Below, piece by piece: positions 17,111 through 24,460 of a stretch of DNA of 64,000 nt. The position numbers and the translations under genes were made by a program. The stretch covers positions 62,001 to 126,000 of the IMG/VR virus record IMGVR_UViG_3300032236_001613, one strand, 5' to 3'. The notes under the pieces are model-generated. The model was not told the origin of the DNA, did no database searches, and saw only the letters and a program-made list of their open reading frames with translations. Positions within the stretch are counted from its first letter, which is position 1; each line of letters starts with the position of its first letter.

Positions 17111-17257
17111 TCAACCGTTATCTGGAACTTCCTTGAAGCCAAATGCCGTAAGGTCATCAAGGTTAATGACTTCCCGGAGATAGTTCAGTAGCATCAGCTC
17201 GGCTGCATCGAGATCTTCTGCATCAAACTCTGTTTCGAAATTGATTTTGAATTTCAT
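17111..17257 (-). CDS. Small acidic protein (48 aa)
   Basis: Manual translation MKFKINFETEFDAEDLDAAELMLLNYLREVINLDDL...; stop lies in the next -35 box. Confidence 0.55.
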   Translation of the reverse strand: MKFKINFETEFDAEDLDAAELMLLNYLREVINLDDLTAFGFKEVPDNG

Positions 17258-17462
17258 AGGCTTCCTCACGGCTCATTTCATTATTGATACGATTGAAAAT
17301 GCAGTAGTCAGACACTCCTGCATCATACCCGGTCTTATAAGCATGACCACATTTGGCGTCGTGCCCGTTAACGGCATCGTAATACTGCTGATCTACACGA
17401 CCTTCTTCACGCCCGTCGAAGTAACCACGAGCATAGGCATAATAGGTGCTATCGTAAGACAT
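17223..17462 (-). CDS. Hypothetical protein
   Basis: YARGYFDGR..YKTGYDAG repeat-like motif; AAGGAG RBS. Confidence 0.7.
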   Translation of the reverse strand: MSYDSTYYAYARGYFDGREEGRVDQQYYDAVNGHDAKCGHAYKTGYDAGVSDYCIFNRINNEMSREEAYEIQNQFRNRV

Positions 17463-17480
17463 TGTGTTGCTCCTTTAATC

Positions 17481-17690
17481 TTATACCAATTTCATATAGT
17501 TAAATTCGGTCTTATTGCAGCGGCTGCAGATTCTGGTTTGATATATCACAAAACTGTAGACTCGACCCTTTCTATGCCAGGTTTCATTAAGAGACATGTT
17601 TGTCTCTTCATGATCCTCTCCATTGAGAAACTCACGAACGTAGTATTCGTTTAGATTAGCCCACTGACTCCACTTGTGTATAATGCACAT
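17481..17690 (-). CDS. Hypothetical protein
   Basis: MCIIHKWSQW..RICSRCNK pattern. Confidence 0.65.
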   Translation of the reverse strand: MCIIHKWSQWANLNEYYVREFLNGEDHEETNMSLNETWHRKGRVYSFVIYQTRICSRCNKTEFNYMKLV

Positions 17691-17747
17691 ATTACTTCAG
17701 CTCCTTGCTCTAACTGTGAATACATTATAGCAGGTTTTACCAAAAAG

Positions 17748-17990
17748 TCAACCTTCTTCGTCTTCTTCCTCGTCGTCTTCGGGCCAATCGTCGTCCTCAT
17801 CGTCTTCCCATTCTCCGTTACAATCTTCTCCCCAGGGTTCGTCGATGACGAGATCTAGGTTCTCGTCAAAAACTTCTTGGTTGACAATGGATACGTTGAC
17901 ATGGTTGTGTTCATAGTTTGCCAAAGCTTCAACATCAGTTTCTGCTTCAACTTCATACTGATGGGTGATTCGAACGTAGAATTTGGGCAT
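17748..17990 (-). CDS. Acidic hypothetical protein
   Basis: Own promoter and RBS; poly-D/E tail. Confidence 0.75.
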   Translation of the reverse strand: MPKFYVRITHQYEVEAETDVEALANYEHNHVNVSIVNQEVFDENLDLVIDEPWGEDCNGEWEDDEDDDWPEDDEEEDEEG

Positions 17991-18041
17991 CTCAATCTCC
18001 TTGTTATTGAAATAGAATTATACTAAGGTTTTACCAAAAGG

Positions 18042-18227
18042 TCAACCAGCTGGCGTTATATTCACAACAGTGAATAGTCCTCCCGGATAGGCTTCGAGAG
18101 CAACTGAAGGAAATAAATCAACGGCAGCATTTAGATCCGCTGCTTCAATCGTTAGACTTTCTAGTCTCCCAGGGTGAGGGAACTCAGGAGGATCTGATAC
18201 TTGAAAAGTTATAGTCCATAGACTCAT
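18042..18227 (-). CDS. Hypothetical protein
   Basis: GGAG RBS, overlap. Confidence 0.6.
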   Translation of the reverse strand: MSLWTITFQVSDPPEFPHPGRLESLTIEAADLNAAVDLFPSVALEAYPGGLFTVVNITPAG

Positions 18228-18460
18228 ATTACTACTCCATGTTCTTTATTGGATAGAATTACTTTTAATGCAATAGAATACGCTTCTTCAGCATCTTCAC
18301 AATTAAACAATTCAGGAAAACTACCCCGATCTAGATAGACATTGCAGATGTACTGGCCAAACCGCCAGTCCCGCTCATCACGACCACGACGATAGTGTGC
18401 GATCCAATAACGGCGCTCGAGGTTCAATAGGTGAACGGTAAGTGTGCGAGAAAACTGCAT
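18224..18460 (-). CDS. Hypothetical protein
   Basis: R.GQ...N.Y.....PELF..ED pattern. Confidence 0.65.
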   Translation of the reverse strand: MQFSRTLTVHLLNLERRYWIAHYRRGRDERDWRFGQYICNVYLDRGSFPELFNCEDAEEAYSIALKVILSNKEHGVVI

Positions 18461-18521
18461 AGATAATATTTACCATGTTTATCAGCCAATATTATAGCAG
18501 CTACTGCCAAACGATCAATAT

Positions 18522-18899
18522 TTACTTACTAGATGTCTGGACGAAGTGAGCTTGAGACCTATAGCCTAGTTCGCGTAGGCTAGTATTAATCAACTGCATG
18601 ACCGTCTTAGAAACGGGCGTGTCTGTTCTTGGAGGTTGAATACTCCAGGGCATTCCTCGCTCTTTGGGTTTCAAAAATGGATATCGATACTTCTCACCAT
18701 TAGGGTAACGAAACTCTTGCCCAGTTTTTTTGAGCAAGGTATTGTAAAGCCAATAAAGCATGTTGCTACGCTGACGTGCACGATCGTAGATATCTTTAGA
18801 AGATTGATCAATCTGTTCGATACCCCGACGCAAGGCACTGAGAGCTAATGCTTGAAGCTCGGGGTCTGGGTTACTTTCTAACAGTTCTTGTATCTGCAT
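18522..18899 (-). CDS. Late protein with capsid-targeting-like N-terminus
   Basis: MQIQELLE; TAAATA 4 nt upstream of ATG. Confidence 0.75.
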   Translation of the reverse strand: MQIQELLESNPDPELQALALSALRRGIEQIDQSSKDIYDRARQRSNMLYWLYNTLLKKTGQEFRYPNGEKYRYPFLKPKERGMPWSIQPPRTDTPVSKTVMQLINTSLRELGYRSQAHFVQTSSK

Positions 18900-18919
18900 A
18901 CTGTATTTATTTGTAGAAA

Positions 18920-19225
18920 GTTGCAGCGTCTTCGCTGGGTACGAAACGCTGCTGCCTCTTGATTTTTTGGAGATAAATCCTTCCAGCCCCGCTGAATCGG
19001 GCTCAAGTTATCCTACTTGTGCGACAAACAATAGAAACTTTCGTTTCTACCCGGCAAAGCCCTCATCATAACGACAATGACTCTACCCGCGGTTATACCG
19101 TTTCATTAGTCCCCTAGGAGCATAGCTAGCATTCAGACCGCTAGACGACACTAAGGGTTTCGCTTTCGGTTCAGGCATATGTAGTTATCAACATCACAGA
19201 CCGCTACAGCGGGGTTTTTGGTTTA
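18920..19225 (-). ncRNA. Candidate ~300-nt structured ncRNA downstream of tRNA-Leu
   Basis: ORF-free; long-range CCCCGCTG/CAGCGGGG, TAGAAAC-GAAA-GTTTCTA hairpin, GCAGCGT/ACGCTGC stem. Confidence 0.55.
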
Positions 19226-19230
19226 ATAGT

Positions 19231-19519
19231 TGGTGCCCTGAGCCGGACTCGAACCGGCACGCCAGTGGCGTCAGATTTTCTTACTACTACAGTTTTCACT
19301 GCCAGCTTGCGCTGTTTGTAGTCTGGACTATACCTTGACCTTAGCTATTGCTTTAGGTCCTTGCCGTCTAGTCTCTACACCTTCCTATTTCTAGGCTTGG
19401 CTCGGTATTAGCAGTTAAGCCTTCACCGAATTTGACAAGTTACATCTTAAAAGTTTCCTAATAAGAGCTCAAATCTTTTCTCTAAGTCTGATGCGTCTAC
19501 CTTGTTCCGCCATCAGGGC
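19231..19519 (-). tRNA. tRNA-Leu(UAA) split by a group I intron (exons 19484-19519 and 19231-19279)
   Basis: Acceptor GCCCTGA/TCAGGGC, anticodon stem TCAGA/TCTGA, loop CT-T^AA-AA after splicing, long variable arm, CCA. Confidence 0.92.
19280..19483 (-). mobile_element. Group I self-splicing intron (IC3-type, 204 nt, no ORF)
   Basis: P AAATTCGGTGAA, Q AATACCGAGC, R GTAGAGACTAGACGG, S AAGGTATAGTCC; follows a U and ends in G; inserted after U34. Confidence 0.9.
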
Positions 19520-19572
19520 AAATTATCAACTAACTATCTATTTAATATACGCTAATTATCTTCAGTTGTCAA

Positions 19573-19715
19573 ATGAGTTTTAGCCTCAGTTTACTATTCT
19601 CTTGCTACCTGATGTAAGTGCTTACAACACTTTTTACTAGTATCACAGGCTACCCGCTTCGAACAAGGTTAGGCTTGTACTTGTACTTGACCCGACGAGC
19701 TGGGCTAAAACTCAT
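19573..19715 (-). ncRNA. Candidate 143-nt rod-shaped ncRNA with its own promoter
   Basis: Perfect 13-bp terminal inverted repeat ATGAGTTTTAGCC; predicted +1 lies 7 nt after TATAAT of TTGACC-17-TATAAT. Confidence 0.6.
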
Positions 19716-19771
19716 AAAACTATTATATGCTAGCACCAGCATAAGGTCAACAATTAACAATAAATACTCCT

Positions 19772-20947
19772 ATGCGCATCCAAGAGCTACTATTAGAATA
19801 CAACCGACAGATTACCCTACAAAAGATAGGCGATCAGCTGACTCAAACAGCAGCTAGAGAACACACTACTGCAGAAGAGGCTATAGCTGCACTGGAAGAA
19901 ATGGATCCAACCGCAAATAAACAGTATACTCCTTGGCTGGCACGACAATACATTAAGCAGCAGTTTAGATTAGAGGACGCAGATAGAATACGCACAGTAC
20001 TAGATAACTTTGGTCAACTTAAATCAAGACTACCTGTTGAACAAAGAGATATAGGACGTATGGATTTTTACCAACTTGATGATTTAATTAATCAAGTATT
20101 AGATGTTAAACTAGAGGTGGATAAGCCTATTGAAGGAGGTACTTTCCCTATAGTTCCTGACTCCCGAGTCTTATACAACGGACCATTAGGGCAATTAGCT
20201 ATACCAGAAACCCGAGAAGCCAGTTGCGAATTAGGTCGTGGTACTGAATGGTGTACGGCTTATACAAAATCAAATAATCAATTTGATAGTTATAATCGAA
20301 GAGGTCCTTTATACGTATGGCGAGACAAAAATGGTGAGAAATATCAATTCCATTTCAGCGGCGGCCTACAAATGATGGATAGTCGAGATCGCCCTATAGA
20401 AAAAGATAAAATAGATTATTTTAGAAAACAGCATCCTGTACTTAAAAAATTGTTTCGACAAATAGAATCTCAAGCGTTAAAAGACCCTATATTAGCAACT
20501 CAGTATGCCGAAAAAGTAATTGGAGGACGTTGGCCCGAAGGCGAGGCCACAATAGCACAAACCTCACAGGCAGCATATTACTACGCTCGAAAAATAATCA
20601 AAAGTCGGTTTCCTGAGGGGGAAGCAGCATTATTAGAACCATCAACTGACATTAATTTTCTAATTTTTTATGCCGAACAAGTAATCAAAGGTCGTTGGCC
20701 TGAAGCTGAAGAAATGATAGCACAAAACCCATCGGCAGCATTTTACTACGCCCGACACATAATCAAAGGTCCTTTTCCTGAGGGGGAAGACGCAATAGCT
20801 CAAGATGACAGGCTCGCTTACAACTATGCTGTAGAAATACTTAAAGATCGTTTCCTAAAAGGAGAAAAGACTCTACAAAAGAGCAATGTTTATTGGTACC
20901 ATTACAAAAAACATTTCGGAATAAAACAACGTAAAGGTAAAACCTAA
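19772..20947 (+). CDS. Putative internal head protein with C-terminal helical repeats; paralog of 23127..24458
   Basis: MRIQELLLE; DPT..K.YT.WL, WCTA..N.F..Y..GP.Y, GEKYQFHF; ~6 repeats of A..YA..IIK.RWPEGE..I. Confidence 0.85.
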   Translation: MRIQELLLEYNRQITLQKIGDQLTQTAAREHTTAEEAIAALEEMDPTANKQYTPWLARQYIKQQFRLEDADRIRTVLDNFGQLKSRLPVEQRDIGRMDFYQLDDLINQVLDVKLEVDKPIEGGTFPIVPDSRVLYNGPLGQLAIPETREASCELGRGTEWCTAYTKSNNQFDSYNRRGPLYVWRDKNGEKYQFHFSGGLQMMDSRDRPIEKDKIDYFRKQHPVLKKLFRQIESQALKDPILATQYAEKVIGGRWPEGEATIAQTSQAAYYYARKIIKSRFPEGEAALLEPSTDINFLIFYAEQVIKGRWPEAEEMIAQNPSAAFYYARHIIKGPFPEGEDAIAQDDRLAYNYAVEILKDRFLKGEKTLQKSNVYWYHYKKHFGIKQRKGKT

Positions 20948-20949
20948 TA

Positions 20950-22125
20950 ATGCGTATCCGAGAACTAATTGATCACTCACACCCTATAGTTTACTTAGAC
21001 ATGGACGGAGTATTGGCAGACTTTGATCACGGTTATCGCGAACTATCTGGGCAAGATCCTAAAGACACATTTATACCTAATCCTAAAGATGATCCTGTGC
21101 TTAGCCGAATGATTGGCACAGATTTCTTTGCTAGATTACCTAAGTACAAGACAGCGGATCGGCTAGTTCAAATGGTGGTGGATCGATTTGGATCTTACTC
21201 TATATGCTCAAGCCCATTACGCGGCGATCATGATAACAGTGAGCACAATAAAAAACAATGGATACAGCAACATCTTAATCCACAACCTGCATCCATAGTT
21301 ATAACTGGTAGAAAAGAAAAATACGCTATACGTAATGGAGTTCCGAACATCTTGATTGACGATAAGTCATCTAATATTGCTAAATGGACTGCTAAAGGTG
21401 GAATAGGCATACTCTATTACGCTCCTAGAGATTCTTTAAATCAAGTGGCTAAAGTTCTTGATCAGTCTTTAAACGAAGAAAAAATCGAGTTCGATCCTGC
21501 TGATCCCGAACATGAAGAACAGTTTCTTAGACCTAAAGAGTTTCGTAAACAGGGCGCATACTCTTATGTAACTCATCATCCTAGTCATGATCCACATATG
21601 GTTCAAAAGACAGATCGTACCGCTTTACCACCTGAACAGAATCCTTTTTATCAATATGCTCGAGCAATTGCTACAGCAGAAAAACGTAACACTAACCCAT
21701 ACTTGCCTAGAGTACGAGTAGTTGATGCCGAAGAAACAGATTGGGGTGGCGTAGTCTTTACTTACGAATGCGAAAGATTACATGACTTTACCGAAGTAGA
21801 ACACCAGTTGGGCGAAGATGTAGTTGTAAACATAGGCAGAAAAATGTTTAATGATTACGACACATTATCACGAAATTACATTAGAGACCACAGAGGTGAT
21901 AACCTCAATGCTTGGGAAGTATTAGCAGGAATATTGCACTTTATGCAAGTAGGACATAAATGGAATTGGGTTAAAGACCCATTATTCAAACAGGCACTAG
22001 ATATTCTAAAGGAAATTGACGAGCAGACTGGTAACTTCTTTCAATGGGATTGGAAGGCAGATAACCTAATGATTAGGTTCACCAGTAAAGGTCCTCAGCT
22101 AGTGCTTACGGATCCGTTAAGTTAA
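20950..22125 (+). CDS. HAD 5'(3')-deoxyribonucleotidase fused to a T7 gp0.7-like protein kinase domain
   Basis: YLDMDGVLADF and LIDDK (HAD); QGAYSYV..K, PYLPRV, WDWKADNLM, LTDP (kinase). Confidence 0.75.
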   Translation: MRIRELIDHSHPIVYLDMDGVLADFDHGYRELSGQDPKDTFIPNPKDDPVLSRMIGTDFFARLPKYKTADRLVQMVVDRFGSYSICSSPLRGDHDNSEHNKKQWIQQHLNPQPASIVITGRKEKYAIRNGVPNILIDDKSSNIAKWTAKGGIGILYYAPRDSLNQVAKVLDQSLNEEKIEFDPADPEHEEQFLRPKEFRKQGAYSYVTHHPSHDPHMVQKTDRTALPPEQNPFYQYARAIATAEKRNTNPYLPRVRVVDAEETDWGGVVFTYECERLHDFTEVEHQLGEDVVVNIGRKMFNDYDTLSRNYIRDHRGDNLNAWEVLAGILHFMQVGHKWNWVKDPLFKQALDILKEIDEQTGNFFQWDWKADNLMIRFTSKGPQLVLTDPLS

Positions 22126-22130
22126 TAAGT

Positions 22131-22208
22131 TGGTGGGACTACTAGGGTACGATCCTAGACTCTCGCCGATTATGAGTCGGGGGTTTTAACCAATTAAACT
22201 ATAGTCCC
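22131..22208 (-). tRNA. tRNA with CAU anticodon (elongator Met or Ile2)
   Basis: Acceptor GGGACTA/TAGTCCC, loop CTCATAA, CCA; atypical T-loop ATCGTAC; paired G1-C72 argues against initiator. Confidence 0.85.
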
Positions 22209-22216
22209 TTAAAAAT

Positions 22217-22363
22217 TTAAGCCTCAGTCAAGTATGCGTATTGATGTCCCGGATACTGTGCATCCAAACGGCGCCTAGCATCCCAATAATCATCAGCTAG
22301 AATACGAACATCAAAGTAATCACTACGATCCAAACTGTAAACTCTAGCCTTGTAAGTACGCAT
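22217..22363 (-). CDS. Small hypothetical protein (48 aa)
   Basis: Manual translation MRTYKARVYSLDRSDYFDVRILADDYWDARRRLDAQYPG...; AAGGA RBS. Confidence 0.65.
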   Translation of the reverse strand: MRTYKARVYSLDRSDYFDVRILADDYWDARRRLDAQYPGHQYAYLTEA

Positions 22364-22467
22364 TGCTGTGTCCTTGTGTGTAACTGTCTAAGTGCAGACT
22401 AATATACACTGATACTAGCAAATGGTCAAGGCCTCTGCAGCGGGGTATTAGGTTATAAATAATAATT

Positions 22468-23130
22468 ATGCGTGCACAAGAAGTATTTGAATCTTATAGA
22501 TGGAGCTGGTCAGACGATGATGCAGAACAGCTCTCTAGTAAGATCCCACCCAAATATCTAGAAAGATTACGTAATCTCACTGTCCGGGATCGACGAGTTA
22601 GCAACTTTATGGATACCCATAACATTAACTTGGTTCAATTTCTCACAAGATTTCAGGAACAAAAGGGTTTAGATCCAGTAAACAAAACTGAGTTAGCATC
22701 TGATTTTATTGTTAAGATTCCGAAAAATAATCCTGAAGGTTTTTATTTTGCAAATAAATCTAATGAAGTTAGAGCCGGTGCCGAATTAGATATTGCAGAT
22801 CAAGCACATACAGATCTATATCGCGTTTATATGAAGACCAAACTTCGCGCAGAAAAGATAAACACTCCATTTACATTAACATTAAAAGAAGCCGCCGACA
22901 TCTTTAAAGCACAGGGAGGCAAATGTGCATTAACTGGAGAAAAGTTAGGAAAAGGACTAGGATCATCACCCAGTATGGATCAACGAGTTCCTAGAGTGAG
23001 AGGCGGCCCTGGTTATACTAAAGACAATGTACAATGGGTTACCGCACAGATTAACTTTGCTAAACAGAATTTAACTAATGAAGAATTTGCAGATCTTTGT
23101 AAAAAAGTTGCTGCACATTCCGGGAATTAG
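22468..23130 (+). CDS. HNH-like (bba-Me) endonuclease domain protein
   Basis: QGGKCALTG..SPSMDQ..GYTKDNVQWV..IN.AK; N-terminus MRAQEVFE. Confidence 0.7.
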   Translation: MRAQEVFESYRWSWSDDDAEQLSSKIPPKYLERLRNLTVRDRRVSNFMDTHNINLVQFLTRFQEQKGLDPVNKTELASDFIVKIPKNNPEGFYFANKSNEVRAGAELDIADQAHTDLYRVYMKTKLRAEKINTPFTLTLKEAADIFKAQGGKCALTGEKLGKGLGSSPSMDQRVPRVRGGPGYTKDNVQWVTAQINFAKQNLTNEEFADLCKKVAAHSGN

Positions 23131-24458
23131 AGTCTGTACCATTTGTCCTTTAACTTTACTAAAAACCTCGATACAGTTTGATACGCATAATGGCCATCAT
23201 ACTCTGTAGGCCCCGATTCCATGTCCCGAATAAGTTCGTTCACAGTATCTTTGAATTGCCTACGATATGTTAAGTCTGCTTGATCTGCGTTGCCTAAGGT
23301 CTTGATTTCATGCTTTCCTGGACCATCCGTGGGTAGATAATAGCGATCAGCTACAACTACTACAGCAGAAAAATCAGGTGGAAATATGGCATATACAAGT
23401 TGGGATGCTTTTTGTCCACGACTGGGTGCAACTCTGAGTGTTTGTAAAAAAGAACCCATATGTACATTAAAAAGTTCTTCAAAAGGATCAACCAACTCCC
23501 ATTCAAACATACCACTTTCTACTAGAATGCAAGAGTACATGCCATTTTCTAATTGACGAGCTTTCCATTTAAGATATTGTTTTGTATGGTTTAATCCATT
23601 ATAAGATGGCTTACGTGGTGGCTTTAACCAACTTAAACGATATTCTTTAGCTTGGTCTGCAAAGATTTTTGATAGCTCAGGAAACCTTCTAACTAGACTG
23701 CTGCCCCACTCACTAATGTCATTATCATGTTCGTCCATAAACTGGTGGCTAGGAAAATGAAACTGGTATTTTTCCCCAGTATGTACAGGCTGTCTAGGTA
23801 TTATAATATACATAGGACCATCTTGGTTATAGCTGTTAAACATGTTGTTGTTTGTAGCAGCTGTACACCAACGAGTGTTCTGCCCATAAAAGCAAGCTGC
23901 TTCTCGATCATTTGGTTTTATAACAATTAGACGATCATCACGAAATACTTCATCGTAATCGCCGCGGGGTGACTTCTGCTTTTGGTCATCTCTACGACTT
24001 CTGACTGCAGAAAAAGCGTTATATAACGTTCTAAAATTATAAGCGTTAATATCTCTAAGATTAGTTAATCTGCGACGTTTGTAGTCATCAAATTTTTCTA
24101 GAGAATCTGTAATCTCAGTAGCTACATCTTCTGCATGCATCGCGTCCTTACAATAGTTTTTTATTAACCATTGAGTGTATTCTTTATGTGGGGTGGGATC
24201 CATTAATTCAAAAATATTTACTAAGATTTTTTTAGACTCAGCTTCGATTGCATGGCGAGGATTATCATAGTCGTTGTGTTCGTCATAGGCCATACATAAA
24301 ATACTGTACCCTCTTTCACTAAGTAGGTCAGCAGATTTTAGACGTTGTATGTGATTATAACTTTCCAATTCAAAGAAATGTTTATACAACTTATCACCAT
24401 AATTCTTAACGGTGATTTCATGATTATATTCGACAAGGAACAGTTCGTTGAGTAACAT
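23127..24458 (-). CDS. Putative internal head protein; paralog of 19772..20947
   Basis: MLLNELFLVE; DPTPHKEYTQWL, WCTAATNNNMFNSYNQDGPMY, GEKYQFHF. Confidence 0.85.
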   Translation of the reverse strand: MLLNELFLVEYNHEITVKNYGDKLYKHFFELESYNHIQRLKSADLLSERGYSILCMAYDEHNDYDNPRHAIEAESKKILVNIFELMDPTPHKEYTQWLIKNYCKDAMHAEDVATEITDSLEKFDDYKRRRLTNLRDINAYNFRTLYNAFSAVRSRRDDQKQKSPRGDYDEVFRDDRLIVIKPNDREAACFYGQNTRWCTAATNNNMFNSYNQDGPMYIIIPRQPVHTGEKYQFHFPSHQFMDEHDNDISEWGSSLVRRFPELSKIFADQAKEYRLSWLKPPRKPSYNGLNHTKQYLKWKARQLENGMYSCILVESGMFEWELVDPFEELFNVHMGSFLQTLRVAPSRGQKASQLVYAIFPPDFSAVVVVADRYYLPTDGPGKHEIKTLGNADQADLTYRRQFKDTVNELIRDMESGPTEYDGHYAYQTVSRFLVKLKDKWYRL

Positions 24459-24460
24459 TA

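Larger units (their letters stand above)
2238..18045 (-). promoter_or_regulatory. Family of 17 conserved early promoters TTGAC(C/T/A)-N4-GGTAAAAC(C)-..-TATAAT/TATACT
   Basis: Copies at 2238-2266, 2435-2462, 3606-3634, 9006-9033, 10791-10819, 12059-12087, 12558-12585, 12950-12977, 13377-13404, 13978-14006, 14353-14380, 14620-14647, 15804-15832, 16122-16150, 17087-17114, 17724-17751, 18017-18045; 16-17 nt spacing. Confidence 0.9.

Noticed and set aside
2238-18045. Repeated ~28-bp motif as a CRISPR array
   Set aside because: Intervals are hundreds to thousands of bp and contain genes; the motif is a -35/-10 promoter; no cas genes
802-18848. Plus-strand ORFs in the left arm (e.g. 1872..2216, 11886..12596, 17241..17654)
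   Set aside because: Overlap RBS-supported minus-strand genes and lack plus-strand signals
18920-19225. tmRNA, RNase P RNA or a second group I intron
   Set aside because: No terminal T-arm/CCA, no GAGGAAAGTCC, no P/Q/R/S set; kept only as an unclassified ncRNA candidate
19650-19715. 21-codon ORF starting at ATG 19715
   Set aside because: No RBS, and the ATG is buried in the 13-bp terminal stem; an RNA interpretation fits better, though leaderless translation is not excluded
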